DNA of 64,000 nt from Hypanus sabinus (GCF_030144855.1 NC_082711.1:166036001-166100000), one strand, 5' to 3'. Positions 13,587 through 27,769 are shown, counted from the first letter of the stretch. Notes: a model not told the origin generated them from the sequence alone. Numbers and translations: made by a program.

Positions 13587-14827
13587 CGTGCCTACGTTTG
13601 GCGGGGGAGAAAAAAAAAGACACCGCGACTCAACAACGTGCTTCTAACTCAAGGGTAAAGAGAACACTCGCGGTACGGTACTGCTGATGTCGTGATAGTT
13701 AAAAAAAATAACTGGCTAAATAAGACAGATTTGATTACTGAAGTTCTACATTTAACCCTCGGTTGAACTGACGAGGACCCATTGTTCAAACTTCCTGCGG
13801 CTAGATTCCGAGAAGGCAAACGCACCCTGCATTCATCCAGAGCAGAAGATTACGGCGCGCGCACACACACACACCCCAGTCCCAAAACCCATCACTCACG
13901 CAGGACAAAACGAGTCTACCTCCATTTGCAAACACAAGAGGCTGACAATGGTACGCAAGGGGATATCTCAGGCTGCTAAAAAGCTTTCACATTTTAAGTC
14001 CAACGAAGTAAAAAAAAAATCACAAAAACTGAGCGTACAATGCGTTCAAAGGCACTGTCGCACCCCAAACCAGATTTTATTAGCGATAAATAAATTATAC
14101 TCAGGTTTAGCACGTGGTGTACAAACGGCCAAAAAAAAGGACTAGGATGAGGAAGGATATATTTTAAAAATAGGGACTGCATTAAATTTTAGTATTGATT
14201 TGGACCAGACTTGACTCTCCCGTGAAGGGTCATCGATAGCTCAAAAGGTGTACGTTCGATCAAACGCTGACAGAATTCCTTAGAGATTGGTCTGTTGGAT
14301 TTGAAGGTGGAGTCCTCCGATTTCTGCAGAGGACCAAAATGGTCCCCTCCCCCATTTTAATTTTATTCTTCCAAAAATAAAACACCCACTAAAATTTAAA
14401 CTTTATTCACAGGCAGGTTTTTTCCCGTTGTATTGTAGATTTGTTCTAATGAATTTAGCAAAAAACATAACCCTCCCCGTTAAGGCAAAGTATTCGCTAC
14501 AGACTCACGTAATATAAGTGAACGCAATGAACACGCTTCCCTTGTAATTAACACATAATGGGCTTGCAATACGTCCTAATTAAAAAAATTATGCAATTTC
14601 TGTCACTACCCTCATAGACTACTATAAAAAAAATAGGCTGCAGCAAATAGGTGTACTGGTACCAGCATTTTACAAAACGCTGGATCTTTTAACGGAGGTC
14701 ATTTTAAGGTAACTTACAGAAAAAAAATGTAACTAGATAGAATGCACTTGGAGAAAAACGCTTAGAATTAAAGCAAACAATAGCAAAATAACCACACACA
14801 CACATGCCTTGCGGGAGATGATCTCAC

Positions 14828-14925
14828 CTTCCCGGTACTGAACTGCCAATCTCTCCAGTGAAGCTATGCTTTTTTTTAATTCCCCCGTAGCCGCTTTCTC
14901 CGCGATGCAATCTGCTGTTTAGTGA
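14828..14925 (-). other. DYNLL2: Probable non-coding exon 1 of DYNLL2 (5' end approximate)
   Basis: Donor AAG|GTGAGA at 14828/14827, directly downstream of GC boxes. Confidence 0.65.
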
Positions 14926-15010
14926 CACCCCGCCCCTTCCGTGTCTTCTTGAAATACCGCCCCGTCCCTCCGCAATGGCTGAGCTGCCCGTCCGCTCTAT
15001 TGGCTGAGAG
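14926..15010 (-). promoter_or_regulatory. DYNLL2 core promoter
   Basis: GC boxes ccccgcccc and ccgccccgtccc, CCAAT box (attgg 14999-15003), CpG island ~13260-15500. Confidence 0.65.
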
Positions 15011-15919
15011 CAGCCCGTCTTCTCGACCCGTGCATTTTCCCCTTGCCTGTTTATTCCTGCATTTTATTTCATCCCACAATACAGTGCGATCAGGGAAACT
15101 TGTTCCCAAATTTCACTCGTCAGGATTGCAACAGGCTCGTCGGCTCAAATCGAAAGACCGCAGCCAACAGCAAGTGATCTGCTCCGCGCCGTTACGTGAA
15201 ATGCGGGTCTCACGACAACTGGGGACTGGTTGCATAACTAGACTTACGTTTAGTGTGGGGGTGGGGGGCACGATTGTTTGCAGGTGTAGCAGTAACACAT
15301 CATTTTGTGGCTACCCTGCAGAGATGGATTATGTGACCGCGTTGCTAATGGCAGTTGCTACATGTGTTTCCAACACGTGGAACCGTACAAAACGACAATG
15401 TTGCAAACTGCCCGAGAAATTCGTGGGGAGAAATAGATTCACAATTCCATAGCCGCTGCACCCCCTCCGTTGCTCACCTCAGCCTCAAATGCACGGAGAG
15501 AAGTTAACTTTTCAATTTACTCTTTGAGAAACGCTCATTTCGATAACAAAAACAAAGTGATGGAAACACTCAGCAGGTCGGGCAGCACCTGTGGAGAGAG
15601 AGAGAAACAGAATTGAGTTTCAGGTCATTTGGCTTTGAATTGGAAATAAAAATTGTACCAGGGACGGGAGGTTAGGGTTGCGTAGGTGTGATCCTGATCA
15701 CCTGCTGGCTTCAAGACTTTGCACTTTTTTGCTGTTCCTGCTGCTTTTTCCACTTTCCATCTATGTCACAAAAATGTACTGGTAGACTCATTGTCCTTGA
15801 GCAGTAAAGTGGCAAAGGAATCAAATATTTTGCTTGCATAAAGTACGTCATCTGAAATTGCCTATTTGCATCCCACACATGTGATGGCATATAAGTGTTA
15901 TCACAAAAAAAGGTACGAC

Positions 15920-16550
15920 CTCTTCTCTCGCAGAGTTTGCGTAGCTTAGGCAGGTCTCCAAAAACTTCGACAAACTTTGGTAGTTGCAAAGTGGAGAGTA
16001 TCCTAATTGGTTGCATCATGGCCTGGTACAGAAACATGGATGTCCAGAAATGAAAAAGACTATGGGGAGTGGTGGATACAGCCCAGTCCATCACAGTCAA
16101 AGCAGCACCCCCCCCCCCCCACCACTGCGTACATTTACTAGGAGCACTGCCCTAAGAAAGCGGTATCCATCATCAAAGCCCCCACAATCCAGGCCTTCCC
16201 CTCTTCTCTCTACTGCCATCAGGCAGGAGGTACTGGAGCCTTAGGGTCCACACCAGCAGGTTCAGGAACAGTTATTACCCTGCAACCAACAGGCTCTTGA
16301 ACCAGTGTGGAGAACTTCACTCACTCTAAACTGATTTGATGATCTACAGACTCTTTATAACTCATGTCCTCAGTCTTTATTTATAGTTTGTCTTGTTTTG
16401 CACATTTGTTGTTTGTCAACATTTGGCTTGTTTATGTCTTTTTCCTAAAAATCCTTTTGTATTTCTTTTGCCCCCCTGTGAATCTCCAGGTAGTACCTAT
16501 ATAGTAAAAGATCTGTACCTGGATAATAAATTTCCTTTGAACTTTGAATG
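15920..16550 (+). mobile_element. Rex1/Babar-type 3' fragment
   Basis: Same motifs as 27770-28357 (VESILIGCIMAWY; ctactgccatcaggcaggaggtac; aataaa tail). Confidence 0.75.
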
Positions 16551-17989
16551 TGAGGCAGAACGATTTTCAGAGTTACAGGGAAAATGGGCCTAATGGGAAT
16601 GTTTGTTTGGGAATGGTCATGGGGAATCTGGTTTGGGCACGTGGATCATAATCTTAAAGTTGAGAGTGTCAGCCTAGGAGAGTATAGCAGGTATTCCCTC
16701 AGTTATCTGTGAATCTTGATGATCTTTACAAAGCACATAGGAGAGGAAAGGTCATCACTGCTCATAGACTATGAGCTTGGTGCTACTCAAAGGCTTTGCT
16801 GAGACATGGGAAGCAGTGATGAATTTCATACTGATATTCTTCCTTCACTGAGTAGAGGCTCCTTGTTGGGGGGAGAGGGGCAGGCTGATCAAGATGTTTA
16901 ATGTAAGCCCATTCTTTTGTAGGCTTCTGTTTAGCTAAATGGATCCCAAGGCTATGCATGGAGTTCGGGTCAGGGATTTAAAAAATATATATAAATACTC
17001 AGGTTTAAGCTATGGTTAGATTGGGCTTGGGTGCAGTTTTAATTTTCAGCAAGAGCAATTCTCTTGGTGAGGAGATAAATTCAAACCAGAATTACTTTGG
17101 AAAACAGTAGTATGCTGTCTCTTGTTATCTAATAAGTATTTAACTTTTCTGTTAGGTGGACTATATTTCCACCTTATATTACATCTACAGTGTTCTTGGG
17201 CTCATGTTCTACCTTGTTTCCTTGTTGATTCTTTGATCCTTTGGGTTCTGAAGAAGCATCTTGGACCTGAAATGTAACTATTCTTTCTTTCTACAGATGC
17301 TGCTTGACTGGCTGGCTGAGTTCATGTCTTCCTGATCCTTATTTACTGAGATACTAAAATAGCTTTTTCTATTTCTAAAAAACTTTCCAAGACTCATTCA
17401 TTTCTTACCATCTTTAAATGTTCTCATCAGTCACAGATAATCACTTTTGTTTATTTTTTGTGTGTCTTTTTCCACTTATGCAATCTGTTAACTGCCATAC
17501 CTTTCAACCTATTTTCCAATCTACCACAGCCAACTGTCCTTTTGTATTTCCTGATTTCCCTTGTTTAGTTATAAGACCTTAGTTTTTCATTAAACTCTTT
17601 CCCCAAAGGCCCTTCAATACATGATTATTAATTAACCCTTTCTTATTAACAAAACAAGGTCTAAAATAGACTTTTTTCTTATTGATTCTTTAACATATTG
17701 CTCTGGAAAAGGATCTTGCATACATACCATAAATTTGCCAACCTTTTTATCACAAGAAATTTGATCTCTCCAATCCCTGCATAATTTGAAACTTTACAAG
17801 TGCTGAAGTATTGTCTAGACCCAGAATGTTGACTCTCCCTTTGTTCCTGCTGAACCCGCTGAGTTGTTCCAGTAGTTTGTTCTTTGCTCCCTAAATGTGC
17901 TATTCACAATGTTCTCAGCCTCATGATGCACCACAGTAACTCCAACCACCATTCCAGCTCCAAACCATGGAGCTGAAGCTACTTCAGTT

Positions 17990-19410
17990 GGAGATCAACA
18001 CGTACAAAAGCTGGATGAACTCAGCAGGTTGGGCAGCATCCGTTGAAATGAGCAGTCAACGTTTTGGGCTGAGACTCTTCGTCAGTCTTTGTGTTTACAG
18101 TTGGAGATACTTACCGGGCATGTAGGTGCTTCAAACAGTGAAAGCAACCATGACCTCCACCATTTCTCTTATCGTGGTCAAAGGGCACTCAACTGTGTCC
18201 AGACCATTTGCTACACTTTTCCTTCAACATTTTCTTCCTCTCTAGAACTTTCCCATCAACTAACTCTGATTCACTCTGACCAACTCAGCCCACATCAGGA
18301 CACATCCCTCCCCCCATCAGAAGTATCAATATGAGACATGCCTCAAGAGGCCAACATCTATCATCAAAGATCCCTATTATCGAGGGCCTTGCCATCTGTC
18401 AGCTATATGCAGAAGCTACAGAAGTCTGAAGTCCCACGCCACCAGATTCAAAGACAGCTACTTCCCTTCAGTTATTCAGTACATGAACCAGTTTTAGCAA
18501 ACTCAATCACTACTTCAGTATAGTACCGCTATGGTCAGTTTGTATTACAATGGGATTTGAGTTTTCTTTTTGTTATGATTGTGTTCTTTCCTGTAAATTT
18601 ATGTTTTTCATTTGATTGTTTGTCTCTTGTGGTATCTGCCTGTGATGTTGCTTCAAGTAAGTTTTGCATTGCAGCTGTGCATACATGACAAGAAACTCAA
18701 CTCAGACTCTGACATGCAATACATCATTTCTCACCTTTTCCACCACCTCCAAGCTATAGCCAAGCAGATTTTCTCCTTGTCCCTCAAGATTCTGATGGTA
18801 CTGTTCCCTTCATTGAGTTGCTGCCATATGTTTGGGTGATTAAATATTTGCATTAACAAGCAGGTGTATCTAATAAAGTGGCCATTAAGTATATATGTTA
18901 CAATATATTAGCTTGAGATTCACTTCCTTGAAGACATTTACAAGAAAAAAAAGTACAATAGAATTTTATGAAAAACTATACATCAACAAAGACTGACAAA
19001 CATCAACAAACTGCAAATAAAAATAATACTGAGAACATGAGTTTTAAAAAGTCCTTAAAAGTGAGCCTAGGCCATAGAATCAGTTCAGAGTTGTTTTGGT
19101 AAGTGACATTATCCACAGTGGTTCAGGAGCCTGATTGTTGTAAGGTAATATCTGTTCTCAAACCTGTGGGACCTAAGGCTTCTGTACCTCCTACCCAATG
19201 GTAGTAGTGAGAATGGATGATGGGGTGTCTTTAATGATGGATGTTACTTTCTTGTGGCAGTGCTCTATGTAAATATACTCAATAGTGGAAAGAGCTTCAC
19301 TTGTGATGGACTAGATATAGCCACCACTTTCTATAAATATTTCCATTCCTGGCCATTGTTGTTTCCATACCAGGTCATGATGATACCCTCCTCTGTGCAT
19401 CTATCAAAGT
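17990..19410. mobile_element. Cluster: Penelope-derived fragment (~17995-18090, -), Rex1 (~18250-18710, +), Tc1 MITE end (~18800-18892), Rex1 (~18910-19410, -)
   Basis: Similarity by eye to other copies in this window. Confidence 0.65.
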
Positions 19411-19696
19411 TTTTCAAAATCTATATAAGTTTGTCTCACTATGACACACCCTCTGCTTCTTACAGAACCTTCCCATTCAAGCACATTTTTTAAATCTTCT
19501 TGGTCTTTTTACCATGAATGACCAAGCCACCCTCTAGTGAATTGTTAATTTGTACATTGCCCACTTAGAAGTCTGTAATGGTTGCCTGCTATGAGGTCTC
19601 ATTTAATGTAGGGCCACTAAGAACAAATTGGGTGAGTTTGTAACAGATCGTCAATATTCACTCCATAAGGGTGAGTCTTAATTTACAGTCAATATT

Positions 19697-19840
19697 TTAA
19701 CTCCCAGCATCACTCCCTTTGTAACCTCCATCACTGTCCCTGTGCATTATCATAATAATATTTGAAAGAAGGTTGAGGAATGCTGTATCATCTTTCAACT
19801 CAGCACGTTCCAGCCTTCGAGATTCACTGACCATTGCTCC
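19697..19840 (-). pseudogene. Putative terminal exon of an unidentified decayed gene
   Basis: Acceptor aag|GGA; open 47 aa GAMVSESRRLERAELKDDTAFLNLLSNIIMIMHRDSDGGYKGSDAGS*; in phase with the preceding candidate exon. Confidence 0.5.
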
Positions 19841-20330
19841 CTTTTTAAAACACAGTTGCTTGCTTTGGTATTTGCTGGGGGGGGGTGGTAGGAAGAGAAA
19901 TACGGTCAAAGGATATATAGTTAACAGAAACCATCTATATGCAGCCCGGGTGCTGAATGGGTTGCATTTTTACAGATGTAAACATGCTACTTTCTCTATG
20001 AGTCATAAAATACACAAACACACACGATATGGTAACCATATCTCTAAAGCATTATAATGCATGGCATCAAAGCACTCAAGGCTGATAAGGAAAGAACAAT
20101 TATAAAACAGTAGGAGAGAGATTAAACCAGTTCTTACAGTTGTAGAAAAGAACATATGTATGCACATTGGACTTTTTAAAATTTAGTAATATGGGAGCTC
20201 ACTTATATTTACGAATAAACTCTTAAGTTGGGTGTTTGTAACCTGGGGATGGCCTGAAAGCAGGAGCCAGCCTCTCCAGGGATCTTCCAACTCAACCATA
20301 TTATTTGTGGTATAGCCAATTATACCTCAC

Positions 20331-20490
20331 CCTGATATAACTCTTTACTAGTTCCATGCAATGTATCATGGAACTTTGGACTATTTTCTAATACTTTGCA
20401 AACAGCAATGGGCTTTGTAATCTCAAGGTACCACTGGGCAAACAAAGATCTTCTCCTTTAGAACTTTTGCAAATTCATAGGACAAGTGGT
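20331..20490 (-). pseudogene. Putative internal exon (160 nt, phase 2 to 0) of the decayed gene
   Basis: Strong acceptor tttgtttcccag| and donor AGG|GTGAGG; PLVL*ICKSSKGEDLCLPSGTLRLQSPLLFAKY*KIVQSSMIHCMELVKSYIR. Confidence 0.55.
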
Positions 20491-22014
20491 CTGGGAAACA
20501 AACCATAATATTTGTATCGAGAAGGACTGTTTCTTTAACATGTACGTTCACGTATCTACAGTATATTCAATTTTGCGATACAGTAAGTGTCACATGGCTC
20601 TGAGGCATTCAGGAACTTAATGGGTTATGTCAGGACAGATGAGATAAAGGGCTATTAATTGGATTCTAATCACCTACTTATAGGAAAACCACTAAACTGC
20701 CATTGTTTATTCAACAGCTGCCTCCCAGAGTCATAAAGAGAGTTTTTTGACACTATTTAAAGAGAAATAAAAATCCTCTCTGATGCTCTAATGTCCCAAC
20801 ATATTTAGAACAGAGTTTGATACGTTCTTGATTAATCAGGGTGTCAGCAGTTATAGGGAGAAGGCAGGAGAATGGGGTGAGAGAGATAATAAAGCAGCAT
20901 GATGGAGTTGTAGAATAGACTCAATGGGCCAAATGGCCTGATTCTACTTGATGTCTTATGGTCTAAAGAATTACCCTTCAACTAAAATTGCCATAACAGA
21001 TTATTTGGTTATTACTTTGCTGTTTGTGGGAGCATGCTGTGTAAAGGACCATTCCTGCACCATAACAATGACAACATTTCATATTAACCTCATTGATTAC
21101 AAAGCTCACAGGAACAGTGCAAAACGCAAAAGGTGGCAAACTTGTTTTATTTTCACTTGAAAGGAATAATACAACAGCTAAGATTTCTGTAATCTATCAT
21201 TATAACTTGTTAATACAACAGATTATCTAATCACAGCTTTAAGATACAGAGTGAAAATTTCTTTTGAAATTAAAATGTTATTTTGACAGAGCAAATAAGC
21301 AAACGATTATAAGTGGTTTAACAGCTATCAAGAAGCATGAAACAAGGCAGTAATTCGATCTGATGGCACTATTGATCATCCAGCAAGGTTTATGTGGTTT
21401 ATCAGAACCTGAACATTGTGTTAATGCCTTAATCATTGATGTTTTTAATAAAAATTTTATAAAATGTTTTTCTTTCTCCATCATTCTTTCAGTGAGGGTT
21501 AAAAGACTTGAATGGAAATATGAATGAAAAGAGCGGGCCAGAAAATAAATACCCACATGATATTAAAGCATTATAAAGATTGCTTAGTAATCTTGATTTT
21601 AAGAATGAGAATTAGTTTTCTCATATGTTAGTTTGTTTCAATCCCATCTAGAATTAAATTAAACCTTCCTGTCAAGATTGCAAGTGTTTTTTTTTGTTTA
21701 AATGAATCTGTAAAGTCTCAAAGCAGATTCTCGCAAAGACCATGGCACTGACCACTCCAAATTTGGCCCTGTATCAAGCCACTGCATTGCTGGCTGGTAA
21801 AATAGAGGGAAGCTTGTGAAACAGGTGCAGCAGGAGCCATGGTTCTGAAATCAGCAAGCTATTATGGCAGACTAATGACAGCTTCATGCTGCATTTAACC
21901 ATGCTGTGACCTTACACAGGACCTGGGAATTATTAACATGCACATATAATATTCAGTATATACAATATTCAATTGAACATTGAGTTCTATTCCCTCAATG
22001 GATATAAAAATTAC

Positions 22015-22044
22015 TTTTCAAAAGCCAAAACCACAGTCTTGTTC
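22015..22044 (-). pseudogene. Putative 30-nt exon (phase 2-2) of the decayed gene
   Basis: ttattttcag|...|gtaatt; NKTVVLAFE(K), open in the required frame. Confidence 0.45.
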
Positions 22045-22229
22045 CTGAAAATAACATCAACTGCCAAGTTATTTTTGAGGCAATAATTTCAAGGTATAAT
22101 AAAATTACAATGAATTCTTGTATTTCCCCAGTATCTGCAACCAGCATCATGTACAGTTGTGATGGAAAGCATACTTCAAGCCTAAAAGTTTGCTGAATTT
22201 GGTACCACTTTTTTAGAAAAAAGAAGAAA

Positions 22230-22670
22230 TCTGAATAATGTTTTATACGGTGAGATATTGGTGATCAAAGGGACTAAAGTGGCTTTGTGCTCAAGTCATT
22301 TAAAAATAATGTGTAGATACAGTGGGTAATTAGGAGAACAAGTGGTCGTTTGGCCTTCATTGCAAGAGGATTTGAATACAAGACTAAAGTTACTGCAACC
22401 ATGTTAGGGCCAAGTGGGATTACAACAGGGCTATTATGTATAATTTTGGTCACCCTACCTACAAGGAGGGAGGGATCACAGTGAAGAATCAGCAGTCCAA
22501 TTCCTCGAATAGTGGGTCTCATACAGGGAATGATGGTGAGTCACAATCCTTGGATAATAAAATGAACCTTTTTTATTTATTGGAGTTTATTACAATGAGA
22601 TCGATCTTGTTAAAACATACAAAATCCTTAGAGGATTTAACAGGATGGAAGGAGGAAGGATGTTTCCCCG
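22230..22670 (+). mobile_element. Old CR1 fragment
   Basis: ttggccttcattgcaagaggatttgaatac (LAFIARGFEY), degenerate. Confidence 0.65.
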
Positions 22671-22696
22671 GCTAAGTATTTTTTTAAAAATTATTT

Positions 22697-23815
22697 TGTT
22701 AGACACACTTTGCGTATATGGGCTCAGTTTAGGAAATGCTATGGTTTCCATGGTTTTTCCATTTCCAGCCCTGTTGTACATAATCACCTTTTTTTACCTA
22801 CTACGTACGATTCAGCATTCCATGTTTGGTACAGGGTATTAGACACTTTGAAGATCTTTTCATTGATAATCGCTTCGCTTCTTTTCAGCAGCTCTCTGTT
22901 AAGTTCAATCTGCCCAATGCTCATTTTTTTTAGATATCTCCAAATTAGACACTTTATTGCACCTTTAATTCCTAACTTTCCTGAAATGCCTGCGAAAAAT
23001 GCTATGGACTTATTTCTTTCCATTAATCCACTAGGTAAAGGATTAATATCAATTATTCGAGATAAATTAGCAGCCTTACGACGGGCCCGTGGATAAAATT
23101 AAAATGGCATGGGAGCAGGATTTAAATATCTCCTTATCTGATGAGAGTTGGGACTCGATTCTCAAATCGGTTAACTCAACCTCTCTTTGTGCTCGCCATT
23201 GCCTTTTACAGTTTAAGATTGTTCATAGAGCCCACATGTCTAAATCTAAACTATCTCGATTCTACCCTAGTCCGCTCTGTGATAAATGCAAAAGTGGCGA
23301 GGCCTCTCTCATTCATATGTTCTGATTCTGTCCTAGCTTGGAGAAATTTTGGAAAGATGTCTTCACTACGTTATCGTATATTCTGAATCAGCACCTAGAA
23401 CCAAACCCCTTAATTGCTTTGTTCGGTTTCTGGGGCGAGACAGATTTACGTCTGAGTCCGACCAAATGCCGAATATTATCCTTTGCCTCTCTCCTGGCTA
23501 GATGCTTGATCCTCCTTAGATGGAGAGATGTTGCCCCGCCCACTCATGCTCAATGGCTTAAAGACATTATGGCCTGCTTGGACCTCGAAAAAATTCATTA
23601 TTCAGTTCTTAATTCGGATCTAAAGTTCCATAAGGTCTGGGGACCTTTTATCGAGTACTTTCATAACCTTTCTCTTGACTAGGGTTTTTTCTTTTTGGTC
23701 CCTTGCTTTCAGCTCCCTTTTTTTTCTGGTAGAAGGCATTATTATCCTCTGTTGCTAAGTGTATTCACAGTCTGGGAGTTTGATTGTCCTGATTTATATT
23801 CTTTATATTGTGTTG
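22697..23815 (+). mobile_element. L1-clade LINE, ORF2 C-terminal part with CCHC zinc finger; disrupted
   Basis: FFRYLQIRHF...LLQFKIVHRAH...CDKC...LIHMF*FCPSLEKFW...WGPFIEYF; frameshifts and a TGA at a Trp position. Confidence 0.85.
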
Positions 23816-24340
23816 TGGTTAACCAGCTGATCTATCTCACTCTTGTACACCTCCTCATCACCATCTGAAATTCTGCCAACAATAGTTGTGTCATCAGCAA
23901 ACTTGCAGATAGTAATTGAGCTGTGCCCAGCCACACATTCATGGGTGTAGAGGGGGGTTGAGCAGTGGGCTAAGCATGCATTCTTGAGGTGTGCCAATGA
24001 TGATTGTTAGCAAGAACAAGATATTATTTCTGATCTGCACTGACTGTGGTCACCCAATGAGGAAGTCAAGGGCCCAGTTGCAGCGGGAGGTACAGAGGCT
24101 CAGGTTTTAGAGCTTGTTGATTAGAACTGAGAGTATGACTGTGTTGAACACTGAGCTTCAAACAATAAACAGCAGCCTAATGTACTGTAGGTATTGCTAT
24201 TGTCCAGGTGATCCAAGACTAAGTGGGATTGCAGTGGGTCCAGATCCCTGTTTAGGCTGGAGTTGATTCTGGCCATGACCAATCTCTCAAAGCTCTTCAT
24301 CATAAGTAGACGTGAGTGCAACTGGGTGATAGTCATTAAT
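23816..24340 (-). mobile_element. Rex1/Babar RT fragment
   Basis: MKSFERLVMARI...LDPLQ; KFADDTTIVGRISDGDEEVY. Confidence 0.85.
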
Positions 24341-24408
24341 GTAAGGATTTAATAAAACACTTGCCTTAAAAATTGAGGCAATAAATGCAACATCTTCTAA
24401 TCTCTTAC

Positions 24409-24459
24409 GCTGCATCTTCAACCTTTACATTTTTAAGCAACATTAACAAGGGAAAATTT
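24409..24459 (-). pseudogene. Putative 51-nt exon (phase 2-2) of the decayed gene
   Basis: cctttgtaag|...|gtaaga; NFPLLMLLKNVKVEDA(A), open in the required frame. Confidence 0.5.
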
Positions 24460-24628
24460 CTTACAAAGGAATATGAGAAAAAATATAAGTTTTTGTCTGA
24501 TTAACATGCTGAGCTTAATAAAGATCCTTCCTTCCATTAGAGACAATTTTTCCTCTAAATGATCTGTGTGTAATCGTGGTCTGTGCCTTTCTGTGTCATT
24601 GCTGCCAAACTGAGTAGAAGATATTTAC

Positions 24629-24655
24629 CCGTTTTGGTTCTACAACTCTTCATAC
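24629..24655 (-). pseudogene. Putative 27-nt exon (phase 2-2) of the decayed gene
   Basis: atttaag|...|gtaaat; YEEL*NQN(G). Confidence 0.35.
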
Positions 24656-25219
24656 CTTAAATTTTAAAAAGCACACAAAAAACATGTATTTAATCATGAC
24701 TTACACTTTCTAAGGAAAACACTTTGATTTCTTTTGTCTCAGAACATCACAAAACACGAATTACTTTTGAAGCACAGGCAATATATTTTTTAAACCATTT
24801 GTAGTCGATTATGCAATAACAATGACTGCATTTGAGAGTAGAGGTGATGAAGGTTTGTTGCAGTTATTGCTGAAACAAATTGAATAGGGGCTCTGACAGC
24901 TAAGTAAAAAGACTGATGACATTATTCTAATGTGGGTCACTTCAGTATTATTATCCTTTTAACGTTGCAATCATTGTTGCTTTAATTGACCATTTGACTA
25001 CAGTATATTTATGAGCTTCCTAATTGCTAAGTGCAGAAATGATAAACCATTTGATGATTATTGAGACATTATAGTATACAAGTAAATCTCCAGTGGTGTA
25101 GCCCAAAGTAATTACAAAATAGGAATGATTTTAGGATTACATTTTGAGCTTAATTATTACATAGTTAACAGAAATTTGACTTGAAAATGTTACTCAAACT
25201 ATGGGATTAGGAAGTTTAC

Positions 25220-25704
25220 CGGAGGTAAACTGGGAGATGATAATATTCCCTGGATATCATTGATATCCTGGGAACATCTTCCTTGTTATTGAGATTCCGT
25301 GGAGGAAAATGGTGATATAACCTCAATAGCTTGGTGCAGAACATCTGTGAATGTTACAGAGAGCAACTTGCAAGTGACAGGAACATAAGTTGCATGATGA
25401 ACAGTTTCAACCCATCTAGTCCATGCCATACTGTTATTCTGTCAAGTCCCACCAACCCGATATCCAATGAAAAAATACCGGTAAGCCTTCTGCATAACTT
25501 ACAGGAAAATCATGGCTTGATCTCACACGCCAGCAACAACGTACATAGGCAGAGCTCTTTATAAATATTAAAAATTGGTAAAATGTATAGAAAGTTACAG
25601 TTCAGATCTCCAAGCCCAATGTTTGAGCATGAAAATCTAAGATTATCTCTAATACAGCACTCAAAGAGAACAGGACCATTTGGAAGTGACGTTCTATTTT
25701 TCAT
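25220..25704 (-). pseudogene. Putative large exon of the decayed gene (5' boundary uncertain, possibly ~25788)
   Basis: 161 codons with only 2 stops (TGA 25510, TAA 25354), ending ...SREYYHLPVYL(R) at donor CG|GTAAAC in phase 2. Confidence 0.55.
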
Positions 25705-26221
25705 TCAGGGCATTGATCACATGCTGTTATTTCAAAGAATTTTTAAAAATGATCTTTCATGCCTTGCTGATGTTTAATCTTCAATCAACTACATTTAGGA
25801 TAAGCATATGATGTGGTTGCTGTTGTGGGACTCTGCTGTGTGTGCTTCCTCTACTACAGCAGTAACTACTCTTGCAAAGAATTCCATCATTTGGAAAGTA
25901 CTTTGAGGCATAAAACCAGAAAATACTAGAAACACTCAATAGGTCAGGCTAATGTAATAGGTTAACATTTCAGGTCAAAGTTCCTCAATTACCAACATTT
26001 TCTATTTCGGATTTCCAGTGCCTGTAGGTTTTGATTTTGAGATACCTTGGAAGGGATATGTTGTTTAAATATCATTTACTTTTTTGTTAATGTGTGACAG
26101 AAACACACCAATGAGGCACTAAGTTTTGTGGACAGAAAGTGGACATCAGGTGTAAAAGTTTAGTGATATTCAGATTCCAAAAGATATACTCACTTTAGTC
26201 CTTAGCAGGGTGGATGATGGT

Positions 26222-26296
26222 ATGATGGTAAAATGACGCTTAAACTTCATAGTTAATGCCATGATGGTAAAATGATGCTTAAACTTCATAGTTAAT
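26222..26296. repeat. Tandem duplication, period 39 bp, 2 copies
   Basis: atgatggtaaaatga(c/t)gcttaaacttcatagttaat at 26222 and 26261. Confidence 0.9.
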
Positions 26297-27769
26297 TGAT
26301 CTCAGTGGTGACAATAGTAGATGTTTTATAATTTGCATCTGGCTTCTTGGGCAAAGAATAGAAAAATAATCAAGCATATTTCCTGCTCTTGATTACTATC
26401 ATTAACCCAGCTTGAAAGTGTGTCTGTTTGGCATTAGATAAAGGGAGCATTAATCTAGGTAGTAGTGTTTCCCTTCACTGGACAGCTGGCCAGTCATTCA
26501 GGAACACACCTGATGAATTACCAATTTCACAAGAGCCAAGAACGCATAGGTTTGTATGATTCATCTCCAGTGTAATCAAACAAAAGCCCACACCCTCAAC
26601 AACCAGATAGTCAGCTGGCTTTTAAGAGCCATCTCATTTAAATAATAATTGAATGGCAACAAACTGTAGATGTTGCACACTGAAATAAAAGAAAAGCAGA
26701 GATTATTTTTCAGGTTGATGAGTTTTCATCAGGTCCTGATTAAAGTTCATGGATCTGACGTGTTATCTTTTTTCTCTGTCATTTCTGATTCTAAATCATG
26801 TTTATTTTCACTGACGTCATGAAAGTTGTTTTGTGGCAGCAGTACAGTGCGATACATTTTAAAAAAAACTAGAAGTTACAATAGAAATATAATAGTAAGT
26901 AAGTGCAAAAAGAGAACAAAATAGTGAGGTATGTTCATGGGTTCATGGACTGTTAAGAAATCATCTGGTGGCTGAGGAGAGAAAGCTGATACTATATTCC
27001 CATGTGTGTTGCTCTTAAGGACAGTGAATATTTTTATAGGGATATGGAAGTCAGGAGAAAGCAAAAACAGTGTACTTGCCACTCTAAATAGAATCTTGCA
27101 TTCAAAGAATTGTTACATAGAATGAAGTGTTATTGCACAACTTAGCTGAAGGAATACTAAGAATAGCCCATTCATTATGCAGAGTCTTAAGTTTATTAGG
27201 ATAAATTTGTCTTTGGAAAAAATGCTGATCAAATTAGGGGCTTTTTATACATTGTCACCTATCTGATTCCAGTAGCTTTCTCCAAAACAGTAAAAATAAG
27301 GAAAGCTAAAATCCATATGCAAACCAAGCTCTGTGCCCACAGTGCACAACTACATAAGTAAAATTATTTTGTATAGAGTTCACTTCAGGAGTCATCTTGT
27401 AAACTTGCAAAATATTGGCAAACTGTGTTCCAGACATGGAGCAGATCAGGCTATTTAGTCCCATGACCTACTTCCATTATTTAATGAGATCAACGTTGAT
27501 TAATAACTTAACTCTGTAAATCACTTCTCTGATATTCCTGAAAATTTTTGGACTGCAAAAATCCATCAATTCTCAAACGTTGAAATGAATCATTAACCAA
27601 GCATCATTACCTTTGTAGAATATGTGCCAAATGTTAACCAATCATTGAGTGTACAAGTATTTACTAGCTTCATCCATGAAAATTCTGATTCTAATTGCTG
27701 GATTCATCCAGAACACCACAAACATCTGAAATATTTACACTCTTTCTGTCCTATAGTGCCACTGATATA

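Noticed and set aside
14922-15452. 176-aa ORF upstream of DYNLL2
   Set aside because: Lies in a GC-rich promoter where stops are rare; no homology recognised
26222-26296. Direct repeats as a CRISPR-like array
   Set aside because: Only two adjacent copies with no spacer, in eukaryotic DNA; a simple tandem duplication
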